Numbered from the stretch's first letter, positions 8,091 to 17,015 are shown. The stretch is 40,000 bases of DNA from Syntrophaceticus sp. (GCA_050949745.1 JBMNGF010000001.1:18649-58648); one strand, 5' to 3'. Notes: generated from the sequence alone by a model not told the origin. Made by a program: numbers and translations.

Positions 8091-8111
8091 TTCAACTCTC
8101 CCTCCCAGTCC

Positions 8112-10013
8112 TTATCCCAATTCGGTCGCTGCGCTTCCCTTTTTACTGTTGAATCCTATCAATCTCATGGCATTGATTATCACGATTAAAATACTGGCTT
8201 CATGGATAAACATTCCTGATGCCAAATGCACATAGCCCAATAATACCCCAGCTAACAGGATAAATACAATTGAAACCGCAATACATGTGTTTTGCTTCAT
8301 ATTCCGAACCGTGGACTTGGCAAGAGCATAGGCATGGGAGAACTGCATTAGCTTATCTGCCATCAGGACCACATCCGCTGTCTCCATGGACACATCTGTG
8401 CCACCTTCACCCATTGCCAAGCCTATATCCGCAGTCGCAATAGCTGGTGCATCATTAATCCCATCCCCTGCCATCGCCACTACATGCCCCGCCTCTTTCA
8501 ATTTTTTGACATATTCCACTTTGTCTTCCGGCAATAATTCCGCCTGAAATTCATCTAATCCGAGCACATTGGCAACTACTTCAGCCGTATGCTTATTGTC
8601 CCCGGTCAGCATAACCATCTTCTTGATACCATTCCTTCTCAGCTCCGCTAAAGCGTTTGAGGCATCTTCACGGATCTGATCAGCAATAGAAATAATGCCG
8701 GCAACCTGACCATCTACAGCAGCGAATATTGCCGTGTTCCCTGCTTTTTCACGCTTGACAGCATAAGCAGCAACCTGATCACTGATCTGGATATTTTCAG
8801 CTTCCATCAACTTGCGGTTACCAATTGCCAAGGCGTAACCATCAACTTGGGCACGAACTCCACTGCCCTTAATCACTTCGCCGTCAAGTGATTCTCCTTC
8901 AAGGCTCAGCTTCCTCTTATCAGCTTCCTTGACAATCGTGCGCCCTAGATGATGCTCCGAAATAGTCTCCGCCTTCGCCACCAACCTGAGCAATGCGTCA
9001 CTCTCCAGATTGCCGAATACCTTGATATCTGTTACTTCTGGTTTTCCTTTAGTTAAGGTACCTGTTTTGTCAAATACAATTGTATCAACCTTAGACAACC
9101 GATCCATAACCTCTCCACCTTTGAGCAGGACACCGTTTCTGGCGCCGTTTCCGATCCCGGCAACAGTAGATACAGGCGCCCCAATGACCAAGGCACCAGG
9201 ACAAGCAACAACTAAAAAAGTAATTGCTAGATGGAGATTATGGGTTATTAGATAAACAATTACCGATAAGATAACAACTGACGGTGTATAGTAAGTTGCG
9301 AACTTATCCAGAAATTTCTGGGTTTTTGATTTTGATTCTTGCGCCTCTTCGACAAGCTCGATTATTTTGGCAAAGGTAGTATCATCCCCAACCTTTTCAG
9401 CAATAATTTCAATATAGCCATTATCGACAATTGTGCCACTATAAACCGTATCACCAACCTCTTTCGATGCCGGCACGGATTCACCTGTAATAGCCGCTTC
9501 ATTTAATATGGCTTTACCGGACACGATGCTGCCATCTACAGGAACCTTGCCGCCAGGCCTGATAATAACCCGATCACCTTTGACAACTTCATCCACAGCT
9601 ATCGTCAGGCTTTCCCCTTCACGAATGACATCCGCTTCCTGTGGTGCCATGTCCACAAGTGCTCTTATTGAAGAGCGGGTTTTTTCCAGTGTACGCGCTT
9701 CTAAGTAGGCACCAAATAAAAATAAGAACGACACAACAGAAGACTCGACAAACTCATTAAGATAAAGTGCGCCTACGACAGCGATGGTCACCAATAATTC
9801 AATACTAAAGACCTTCATGCGCAGCGCTTGGAAAGCCCTGATGGCGATTGGGATAATGCCAATTATCGTTGCCCCGATCAACGCCAAATCCTTATAGCTT
9901 TCATATCCTGTTACTATAAACACAATACCAAGGGCGATCAGTATCCCGGAAATGGCCGTAATCTGATTAACATACTTATTAATATACTTATTAATTGTGT
10001 TAATCATCTCCAT
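8112..10013 (-). CDS. heavy-metal translocating P1B-type ATPase (no fused metal-binding domain; CPG transmembrane motif)
   Basis: Motifs present are ITGESVP (actuator), DKTGTLT (phosphorylation), GDGINDAPA (hinge), ACPGALVIGAP where CPC/SPC normally sits, and HEASILIVIINAMRL in the last TM helix. The start overlaps the upstream HMA gene by 14 nt. Confidence 0.9.
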   Translation of the reverse strand: MEMINTINKYINKYVNQITAISGILIALGIVFIVTGYESYKDLALIGATIIGIIPIAIRAFQALRMKVFSIELLVTIAVVGALYLNEFVESSVVSFLFLFGAYLEARTLEKTRSSIRALVDMAPQEADVIREGESLTIAVDEVVKGDRVIIRPGGKVPVDGSIVSGKAILNEAAITGESVPASKEVGDTVYSGTIVDNGYIEIIAEKVGDDTTFAKIIELVEEAQESKSKTQKFLDKFATYYTPSVVILSVIVYLITHNLHLAITFLVVACPGALVIGAPVSTVAGIGNGARNGVLLKGGEVMDRLSKVDTIVFDKTGTLTKGKPEVTDIKVFGNLESDALLRLVAKAETISEHHLGRTIVKEADKRKLSLEGESLDGEVIKGSGVRAQVDGYALAIGNRKLMEAENIQISDQVAAYAVKREKAGNTAIFAAVDGQVAGIISIADQIREDASNALAELRRNGIKKMVMLTGDNKHTAEVVANVLGLDEFQAELLPEDKVEYVKKLKEAGHVVAMAGDGINDAPAIATADIGLAMGEGGTDVSMETADVVLMADKLMQFSHAYALAKSTVRNMKQNTCIAVSIVFILLAGVLLGYVHLASGMFIHEASILIVIINAMRLIGFNSKKGSAATELG

Positions 10014-10239
10014 ACCCCCTTTTTACCTTTTTAAGTTCCACATCACCAACCAAACTGCCAATCATGCTCTCTAAATCCTCTGCACTTGCCTTTATTTCAT
10101 CGAATTCCATGATGATCCTGCCCAAGCTCGGAAAAACCTTCGCTGAACTGACGCCACTCTGCTTCAGTAATTCAGCTTCGATTTGCTTACCACAGCCTGG
10201 GCAGCCAAGTGGTGTTATCTGAAACAACGCTTTGCCCAT
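10000..10239 (-). CDS. stand-alone heavy-metal-associated (HMA) domain protein, CPGC motif
   Basis: At 79 aa, GCPGCGKQIEAELLKQSGVSSAKV fits the HMA CxxC-loop plus helix pattern. An AGGAGGGAG Shine-Dalgarno lies 5 nt before ATG 10239. Confidence 0.75.
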   Translation of the reverse strand: MGKALFQITPLGCPGCGKQIEAELLKQSGVSSAKVFPSLGRIIMEFDEIKASAEDLESMIGSLVGDVELKKVKRGYGDD

Positions 10240-10299
10240 ATTATCTCCCTCCTATCCTTCTTCCTGCATTATTTATATCTCATACCCGATTTATTCGCC

Positions 10300-10313
10300 T
10301 TGATTAAAATCAA
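10300..10313. promoter_or_regulatory. FNR/CRP-type palindrome TTGATTAAAATCAA
   Basis: This is a perfect TTGAT-N4-ATCAA. On the minus strand it is followed after 23 nt by ATAAAT (TATAAA), so the box centre is ~30 nt upstream of the -10 hexamer, about 10 nt further to the start site (class II geometry). The centre lies ~67 nt upstream of ATG 10239. Confidence 0.5.
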
Positions 10314-10328
10314 TATTTCATTGAAGCA

Positions 10329-10362
10329 AGAAAAAACCATGGCCTGGATGTAGGCCATGGTA
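10329..10362 (-). terminator. intrinsic terminator after the scdA-HMA unit
   Basis: Minus-strand hairpin CCATGGCC-TACATCCA-GGCCATGG (10360-10337) is followed by TTTTTTC. Confidence 0.65.
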
Positions 10363-10392
10363 AAACAGATAAACTTAGGTTGAGCAGACAAA

Positions 10393-10614
10393 TCAGGAAA
10401 CTTTCGAATTCACTACCGTAAAACCTAAGTTTTCAATAAGAAGTTTTAATTTTTCGGCATCTGTTTGAGTGTCATCAAATTCCGTTTTTACCTTGCTTGA
10501 GTTGAATAATACTCTTACCGATTCAACCCCTTTAGCCTTGGCCAGTGTAGCTTCGATTTTCTTAACACAGGTCGGACATGTAATTGTCTCTAAGCGAAAT
10601 TCTGCCTTTGCCAT
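10393..10614 (-). CDS. stand-alone HMA / CopZ-like metallochaperone, CPTC motif
   Basis: MAKAEFRLETITCPTCVKKIEATLAKAKGVESVRVLFNSSKVKTEFDD is a classic HMA fold pattern. GGAGGG lies 8 nt before ATG 10614. The longer track ORF (to 10704) would overlap scdA and is less likely. Confidence 0.75.
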   Translation of the reverse strand: MAKAEFRLETITCPTCVKKIEATLAKAKGVESVRVLFNSSKVKTEFDDTQTDAEKLKLLIENLGFTVVNSKVS

Positions 10615-10636
10615 ATTGATTTTCCCTCCTTCGCAT

Positions 10637-11332
10637 TTAGTAACGCTTGAATAGTACGCTATTCTCCTTCGCAATATGAAGGAAAACATCATCAGCCAAC
10701 TCATGGAGTTTCTGATAAACAGCCTTCACCGTAGGACATGCAAACTCCGGCGGTGTAAAATCGTTGGTCTCCTTGATTAAACGCTTAATAATCTTTCCGG
10801 CGCCATCATGCTCATCTTCTAATTCACTGATCAGTGACCTTATGGCTGCTCGATCTTCAGGAGTTTTATCAACCTTAAGCATAGCAGGAAAAAGTTCCTT
10901 CTCCTCTTTAGCAAAATGCTCCTCCAGTTCCATCTTTAACTCGCTGAAGCTTCTATGGATCTTCAACATTAATTCCTTGTCATGCTCATAATGAACGAGC
11001 ATAATCAAATTTACAAGCTTATCTAGTTCCTTCCATAATGCTCGCTCTGTCAGATGATGGGTATCAAGTATAAGGTCAATGAGTTCTTCATCAGAAAGCT
11101 CAGACACAGGGCGTTCCTTATCTGATCTGGCTAAATAATCACTATAGGCATTCTGAACCTCAGTGATGAAATCTGGGGTAAGGCCTGCTTCATCTATTGC
11201 TGACTCAAGAGAGCGATCCCCTTGGGAGCAGTAATCAATATGCAGCTCATTCAGACGTGAAGTAATGGCAGGAAAATAAGTAACAAGATCGCCAAGCTTT
11301 GTTTGGCCGTTGATAGTTATGGTCTGTCTCAT
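10637..11332 (-). CDS. scdA: iron-sulfur cluster repair di-iron protein (ScdA/YtfE/RIC family)
   Basis: The N-terminal ScdA_N-like segment (LGDLVTYFPAITSRLNELHIDYC) is followed by hemerythrin-type His/Glu motifs (THHLTERALWKEL, EEHFAKEEKELFP, ELEDEHDGAG, DDVFLHIAKEN). Confidence 0.85.
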   Translation of the reverse strand: MRQTITINGQTKLGDLVTYFPAITSRLNELHIDYCSQGDRSLESAIDEAGLTPDFITEVQNAYSDYLARSDKERPVSELSDEELIDLILDTHHLTERALWKELDKLVNLIMLVHYEHDKELMLKIHRSFSELKMELEEHFAKEEKELFPAMLKVDKTPEDRAAIRSLISELEDEHDGAGKIIKRLIKETNDFTPPEFACPTVKAVYQKLHELADDVFLHIAKENSVLFKRY

Positions 11333-11405
11333 TAGATTATCCTCCTTTGCATACTTTTTTCGTCTATCTTTCTTTTTATACTAATTCATTCCAAGAAAAA
11401 AAACC

Positions 11406-11419
11406 TTGACTAAAATCAA
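11406..11419. promoter_or_regulatory. FNR/CRP-type box TTGACTAAAATCAA
   Basis: It has one mismatch to TTGAT-N4-ATCAA. The flanks are almost identical to the 10300 site (CCTTGAYTAAAATCAATWTTTCA). On the minus strand, 23 nt separate it from TAGTAT. The centre lies ~80 nt upstream of the scdA ATG. Confidence 0.45.
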
Positions 11420-11463
11420 TTTTCAGGACAGGAAGTATATTTTATCTTAATGTCTTTGCCAAC

Positions 11464-12981
11464 TCATTCCTGTAGATATTTCCAAACTATAACTTTGTTA
11501 CGGCCATCTTCCTTTGCCTTGTATAATGCTCTGTCTGCTGTGCCAATTAACTCATCAGGCTCCATTCTTTCAGCAGGAACAATAGATGCTACACCTAGGC
11601 TGACTGTTATAACCCCTTTTATTTTTTCGTTTTCTATTCCCAGCTCTTCCACTCTTCTTCGAATTTCCTCGGCAACAACTGCCGCTCCCTCGGCAGTAGT
11701 ATTTGTGAGCATTACCACAAATTCCTCACCACCGTAACGTGCTGCAAGATCACCTGGTCTCTTTATTACACCTTTTATGACCTCTGCGATTCTTATCAAT
11801 GCTTGGTCACCTGCTAGATGACCATATGTATCATTAAAGATCTTGAAACGATCAATATCTATCATGATCAGAGCCAGCGGCATCCCTTCACGCAGACTTA
11901 ATTTCCAGGCTCTATTATATGCAATATCAAAAGCTCTTCTGTTCTCAATTGAGGTTAGGCCATCTATTATTGAAATCTGTTCAAGCTTAATATTAGCTGC
12001 CTTTAACATTTCATTTGCATGATGGAGTTCCCCAGTTCTTTCTTTGACACTAACCTCAAGCTTTTCACTTAATTTTCGGTATTTTCTAACAAAATAAATT
12101 GCGACTAATGCTACCAATAATAGAAAGAGACTAGCAGAGCGCAGAAAAAACGTTTGATAATAATCTTCGGTTAGGTATACCACTCTCTTGCCTTGCCACT
12201 GTTCCATTATTTTATCAACAGTGCCATCCTCAGTAATTTCTGTAAGGCCGGAATTAATCAGAGCCAACGTTTCGGCATCGCCTTTTCTGACGGCAATTCT
12301 GGAATACTGAGTCTCAACAGGTTTCTCCACGATCCCTATACCAGGTATCCTGCTTTGAGCAAGTTCATATTCACCGATCCATCGGTCCACAATAATCGCA
12401 TCTAAATCCCCAGCGCTTAAGTCTCTGAAGGAAGTTTCCCAATCATCGATCTTTTCAATGTCTATTCCTTCATATCCTTGAAGCAAGCTGATCGGATAAC
12501 CGCCTGCCTCTACGCCAACACGCTTGCCTCTTAAGTCATCAATACTCCTTAAGGTAATATTGCCGCTTTGAACGAAAATTGAAAAGTCGGATTTTAGCAG
12601 AGGACTTGAGAAATCATAAAGTTTATTTCTTTCAGGACCAGGATTGATTTGAAGAAGCCCATCAGCATAACCATTAAGCACCATGGTTTGTGCTTGCTCC
12701 CAATTTACTGCCATAACTTTAATATCGCAACCGATCTTATCTCCGATAGCCTTAGCAATATCAACTGCCACACCTTTAGCTGTTCCGTTGTCATCATATA
12801 CGATGGGAGCCAAATTTTCATTTCCGAGGAAAACCAGAGTATCACGACTGTCATCATTCATAGCAAATCCACTGATAGGCAGAAATAGGTTCAACAAAAA
12901 CAAGACAATAATAACAGTTGTAATATGTGTCCTATTCGTTCTATTCTTACTATGACTTCTCATGGAACTCACAAGAACCAC
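11464..12981 (-). CDS. membrane sensor diguanylate cyclase (periplasmic solute-binding-like domain + GGDEF)
   Basis: RYGGEEFVVML is a GGEEF active site, and DRFKxxNDxxGHxxGD is present (DIDRFKIFNDTYGHLAGD). The N-terminal signal/TM is followed by a family-3 SBP-like domain and a second TM (LFLLLVALVAIYFV). The start is uncertain (12981 vs ATG 12963). Confidence 0.85.
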   Translation of the reverse strand: MVLVSSMRSHSKNRTNRTHITTVIIVLFLLNLFLPISGFAMNDDSRDTLVFLGNENLAPIVYDDNGTAKGVAVDIAKAIGDKIGCDIKVMAVNWEQAQTMVLNGYADGLLQINPGPERNKLYDFSSPLLKSDFSIFVQSGNITLRSIDDLRGKRVGVEAGGYPISLLQGYEGIDIEKIDDWETSFRDLSAGDLDAIIVDRWIGEYELAQSRIPGIGIVEKPVETQYSRIAVRKGDAETLALINSGLTEITEDGTVDKIMEQWQGKRVVYLTEDYYQTFFLRSASLFLLLVALVAIYFVRKYRKLSEKLEVSVKERTGELHHANEMLKAANIKLEQISIIDGLTSIENRRAFDIAYNRAWKLSLREGMPLALIMIDIDRFKIFNDTYGHLAGDQALIRIAEVIKGVIKRPGDLAARYGGEEFVVMLTNTTAEGAAVVAEEIRRRVEELGIENEKIKGVITVSLGVASIVPAERMEPDELIGTADRALYKAKEDGRNKVIVWKYLQE

Positions 12982-13235
12982 CTGCTTATATATCTACGTT
13001 TCAAGAATATCATCTAAGCAAAATTCGGTCACATTGATTAAGTCTACCGTAGAGTCTAAATCCGGCAACAAGCTCTTCACCAGTAATGGTGAAGAGTGTA
13101 TAAGCGACTTGTCCATTAATGGAAGTAAGGCCTTTTTCTGGACAGGTGATTTCATCGAGCAGACAACACATAAAAATCCCTTCATTACCTGGAGAGCAAC
13201 CCAAACAAATGGGCTCGGCGGTATTAATTTGGTGA

Positions 13236-13922
13236 CTATATCTCTAAACTGAAGGGATTATACTTTACATCCCAGTCGTATGTATCAACCGCCTCTTTTT
13301 TCTTCACCCATCCCACTGCTAGATAAGTGAGGGGTGTAGCAGCTACTTCAAAGACGACCTTGAAAACATATTGGGCGGCCATCATGCTAAGCAGAGCCGG
13401 TAATGCAACTGTTCCCGCAAAGGCGATGGTGATGAAAATTACAGTGTCTATACCCTCACCAACTATAGTTGAGCCAATGGTGCGGGTAAAGAGCCATTTT
13501 CCCTTAGTCAAGAGCTTCATTTTCGATAAGACAGCGGAATTAACAAATTCCCCTAGGAAATAACCAATAAGAGATGCAGCGACAATCCTCGGTGTCATTC
13601 CCAATACAACCTGATAAGCATTTTGGGACTGCCAGAAATCAGGATGGGGCAAGATCACGACCAACATAAAAACCGCTGCCATCAAGAGATTGCAGGCAAA
13701 CCCGGTCCAGATGATCAACCGTGAGCGTTTAAATCCGTAAACCTCGGTCAGGATGTCTCCGAAGATGTAGGCCACTGGGAAGAGGATCACTGCAGCAGGC
13801 AGCACCATCCCAAAAACTGAGATCAGCTTGCCTGCTATGATATTGGAAATCAACAAGCAGGTGACAAACAGACATCCCAATATGACATAAAGGGATGATA
13901 CTTTTTTTGTTTCCCTCTTCAT
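13236..13922 (-). CDS. yhhQ: queuosine-precursor transporter family protein (YhhQ/DUF165)
   Basis: It is polytopic, and ILFPVAYIFGDILTEVYGFKRSRLIIW matches the conserved FPxxYxxxDxxxExYG core of the family. Length is 228 aa. Confidence 0.75.
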   Translation of the reverse strand: MKRETKKVSSLYVILGCLFVTCLLISNIIAGKLISVFGMVLPAAVILFPVAYIFGDILTEVYGFKRSRLIIWTGFACNLLMAAVFMLVVILPHPDFWQSQNAYQVVLGMTPRIVAASLIGYFLGEFVNSAVLSKMKLLTKGKWLFTRTIGSTIVGEGIDTVIFITIAFAGTVALPALLSMMAAQYVFKVVFEVAATPLTYLAVGWVKKKEAVDTYDWDVKYNPFSLEI

Positions 13923-14179
13923 TTCATAACACCTCGACCATTATTTTATAACATTAAAGCTATTCAGTACATACTGTTTCTTCCCTGATTCTTTTTACCA
14001 TTTCTCTAACCCTTTTTCAAAAGGGCGCAAATATACCGGTTCCCAGTGCTTTTGACTAGAATTGTCATGGCTTAGAGGAACCGGCAGTCTATTAGTTTCT
14101 GAACTTGTACCTGGAGCCATCACCAGAACTATCGTCTTGATTGCTCCCTGATCGGTTATTGGTCATCCCCCAGACTGGA

Positions 14180-14740
14180 TTAACCCTGAATCAAGGCAAA
14201 GGCCTCGGCTCTCGTGGCGCTGTTGTGTTGGAACAATCCGCGCACAGCTGATGTGATAGTTTTAGAACCAGCCTTACGCACACCCCTCATGGTCATGCAC
14301 ATATGTTCAGCCTCGATAACCACCAATACCCCTCTCGGCTTTGCCTTTTCCATGATAGAATTAGCGATCTGTGAAGTCAGCCTTTCCTGGAGTTGCGGCC
14401 TTTTAGCATATTCATCAGCGATCCTGGCCATTTTGGACAGCCCCAGAAGCTTCCCCTCATGAGGAATATAAGCGATATGTGCTTGACCGAAAAAAGGAAC
14501 CAGGTGGTGCTCACATATAGAGTAGATGGGAATATTTTTGACTAGCACCATCTCATCATGTTGTTCTGTGAAAAAAGTTTCTAGATGTCTTGTAGGATCA
14601 CTTTCTAGGCCGCCACAGATTTCTTTAAACATACGGGCAACCCTTGCAGGCGTATCCTTTAAGCCTTCCCGCTCCGGATCCTCTCCTATTCCTTCCAAAA
14701 GCATCCTCACTGCAGCCTCAATCTTTGCTGTATCGATCAC
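14180..14740 (-). CDS. folE: GTP cyclohydrolase I
   Basis: Motifs CEHHLVPF and HMCMxMRG are present. The 186 aa length is typical for FolE type I. Confidence 0.92.
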   Translation of the reverse strand: MIDTAKIEAAVRMLLEGIGEDPEREGLKDTPARVARMFKEICGGLESDPTRHLETFFTEQHDEMVLVKNIPIYSICEHHLVPFFGQAHIAYIPHEGKLLGLSKMARIADEYAKRPQLQERLTSQIANSIMEKAKPRGVLVVIEAEHMCMTMRGVRKAGSKTITSAVRGLFQHNSATRAEAFALIQG

Positions 14741-14776
14741 TCAATCCGCTCCTTCAATATAAGTTCAGTACCTTCT

Positions 14777-15136
14777 TTACAAAGTAGCTGTGACGATCCT
14801 GTTATTCCCATCCACATGAACAACCCGTGGTTTATGCTCTTTTGCCTTTCCTTCCTCCACTTGTGCATAGGCGAGGATGATCAGAATATCTCCGGGCTGG
14901 CCGAGACGAGCAGCTGCACCATTTAAACAGATCTCGCCGGAGCCAGCTTCCCCTTCAATAACATAAGTTTCAAACCGCGCCCCATTGTTGTTATTGACCA
15001 CCTGCACTTTTTCGTAGGGGAGGATGTCCGCTGCCTCTAATAGCTCCCGGTCAATAGTGATGCTCCCCACATAATTCAGATCCGCATCGGTCAAAACAGC
15101 ACGGTGTATCTTTGATTTTAACATAAAACGATACAT
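14777..15136 (-). CDS. panD: aspartate 1-decarboxylase
   Basis: [25 protein letters not shown] contains the Gly-Ser self-cleavage site context. Length is 119 aa. Confidence 0.92.
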   Translation of the reverse strand: MYRFMLKSKIHRAVLTDADLNYVGSITIDRELLEAADILPYEKVQVVNNNNGARFETYVIEGEAGSGEICLNGAAARLGQPGDILIILAYAQVEEGKAKEHKPRVVHVDGNNRIVTATL

Positions 15137-15138
15137 GG

Positions 15139-15987
15139 CTACACCTCCAGGTCGATGTTATCAATAAGCCTGGTTTTTCCCACAAAAACAGCCGCAGCTA
15201 GCAGCACTTTCCCCTCTAAGACAGGCATCTCCTCAAGGGTCAGGCCATCTACTAGCTCTACATAGTCGACTCGGATCCCAGGGGAGGATTCCAGAACCCG
15301 CAGAATCTCCTTTCGCACTGCGGCCGCCTCCCGCTCACCTTTCTCGATCATTTGCTTGCCTGCGTTAAGAGCCTTAGGCAGTGCCAGGGCATTTTTTCTT
15401 TCTGCTGCGGAAAGATAGCTGTTGCGGGAACTCAAAGCCAGGCCGTCCTCTTCACGGACAATGGGACAGCTGACTATCTCTATAGGTAAATTGAGGTCAT
15501 CGACCATCTTCCTGATGACAATGGCCTGCTGAGCATCCTTCTGCCCAAAGTAGGCCCGATCCGGCTGGGTGATGAGGAAAAGTTTGAGAACCACAGTTGT
15601 CACACCCAAGAAATGTCCGGGGCGCGACCTGCCGCACATCTTCTCTGTTGCCTCACCCTTTACCTCCACATAGGTGTTGTAGCCCTCTGGGTACATCCCC
15701 TCACCGGAGGGAGCGAAAACATAGTCAACACCCACATTTTCAGCCAGTCTGCTATCCCGGTCCAGATCCCGCGGATAGGTAGCGAAATCTTCTTTTGGCC
15801 CAAACTGCAGCGGGTTGACAAAGTTACTCATCACTACAACATCATTATCCTGCCGGGCCTTCGCGGCAAGGCTAAGGTGTCCCTGATGGAGATAGCCCAT
15901 TGTAGGCACCAACCCGATCCTCTTCCCCTCACCTTTCAGTTTCAGGGAAATAGCCTGCATCTGTTTAATATTTTTTATAATTTCCAT
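15139..15987 (-). CDS. panC: pantoate-beta-alanine ligase
   Basis: [13 protein letters not shown] is the HxGH nucleotidyl-transferase motif. Length is 282 aa, and the stop lies 2 nt before panD. Confidence 0.92.
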   Translation of the reverse strand: MEIIKNIKQMQAISLKLKGEGKRIGLVPTMGYLHQGHLSLAAKARQDNDVVVMSNFVNPLQFGPKEDFATYPRDLDRDSRLAENVGVDYVFAPSGEGMYPEGYNTYVEVKGEATEKMCGRSRPGHFLGVTTVVLKLFLITQPDRAYFGQKDAQQAIVIRKMVDDLNLPIEIVSCPIVREEDGLALSSRNSYLSAAERKNALALPKALNAGKQMIEKGEREAAAVRKEILRVLESSPGIRVDYVELVDGLTLEEMPVLEGKVLLAAAVFVGKTRLIDNIDLEV

Positions 15988-16214
15988 CTATTCCAGTCCC
16001 TCATCATTTTATTAAATTCCGTAAGGATTTGCACCATATTTCTCCGGCCCCGCCGGATACACCCGTCTCAGTTACAGCACTACACTGCCAAATACACATC
16101 CTCACATATACGGATAATACCTGAAGTAAGCCCAGTTGGAGTGATACCCCTTCCCTTGTCACCCCTGGAAACCAGTCCGTAGGTGAGACGGGAGAACCGC
16201 CCCCGTGTCTCGCT

Positions 16215-17015
16215 TTAGTAACATTGGTCTGGGCCTGGGAATGTCCCATCTTGAACTTCTTTTTTGAAGGTTTTCAGAGCTTCTATGATAATATCGTGTA
16301 GATTGGCATACTGTTTTACAAACTTAGGCACCTTTTTGCCTGTGCACCCCAGCATATCGTGAATAACCATCACCTGGCCGCTGCAGTGGGGTCCTGCACC
16401 ACAGGAGAGTGTCGGTATCTTCAAATTATTGGTGATATCCTCTGCTACATCAGCAGGTATGCACTCCAGCACTATGGAAAATGCCCCTGCTTCTTCAAGG
16501 ATAACAGCATCCTCCATTAAGCGCCGCGCCGCATCCCCGGTTTTTCCCTGCACTCGAAATCCGCCAAATTGGTTTACTGACTGAGGGGTTAGCCCCAGGT
16601 GACCCATAACAGGAATACCTGTCTCCACCATAGCGCGAACAGCATCTGCGCGCTCCCGGCCCCCTTCCAGTTTCACTGCATGTGCTCCTGACTCTTTGAT
16701 AAAGAGCCCTGCATTCCAAACAGCATCAGCTATTGTTGTCTGGTAGGAAAGAAAGGGCATATCAGCTACTACCATCGCCCGCTCAGCTCCCCGGGATACT
16801 GCAGCGGTATGGTGAAGCATCTCCTCCATGGTTACAGGCAGGGTATTCTCATAGCCTAGCACCGTATTCCCTACCGAATCTCCTATCAGCAGAATATCGA
16901 TCCCTGCTTCATCCAGCAGTCGTGCCGTAGGATAGTCATAAGCTGTAAGAAGAGTGCTTTTGACCCCCTGTTCCTTCATCTCCTGCAGTGTTGCTGTTGT
17001 TACACGAGACATCAC
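16215..17015 (-). CDS. panB: 3-methyl-2-oxobutanoate hydroxymethyltransferase
   Basis: Conserved blocks are TAYDYPTA, GDSVGNTVLGY, VKLEGG and GHLGLTPQS. Length is 266 aa. Confidence 0.92.
   Translation of the reverse strand: MMSRVTTATLQEMKEQGVKSTLLTAYDYPTARLLDEAGIDILLIGDSVGNTVLGYENTLPVTMEEMLHHTAAVSRGAERAMVVADMPFLSYQTTIADAVWNAGLFIKESGAHAVKLEGGRERADAVRAMVETGIPVMGHLGLTPQSVNQFGGFRVQGKTGDAARRLMEDAVILEEAGAFSIVLECIPADVAEDITNNLKIPTLSCGAGPHCSGQVMVIHDMLGCTGKKVPKFVKQYANLHDIIIEALKTFKKEVQDGTFPGPDQCY

Noticed and set aside
12994-13204. Two overlapping small minus-strand ORFs (63 and 64 aa, one Cys-rich) lie between yhhQ and the diguanylate cyclase gene.
   Set aside because: Neither has a convincing Shine-Dalgarno, one starts at TTG, and they overlap each other. 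A 10-bp-stem hairpin (13073-13096) that could be the yhhQ terminator lies inside them. Coding is possible but unsupported.
16021-16045. GGTGCAAATCC in the panB-panC spacer (mRNA sense) resembles the GGTGNAAATCC block of cobalamin riboswitches.
   Set aside because: No flanking AGGGAA, no CCCGC continuation and no B12-box (AGYCMGGAGACCKGCC-like) sequence is present. The context (pantothenate genes) also does not fit.
16004-16249. An 81-aa minus-strand ORF fills the panB-panC spacer.
   Set aside because: It overlaps the panB 3' end out of frame and has no Shine-Dalgarno. Its G/S/T-rich product has no features. The region is better explained as structured RNA or a repeat.
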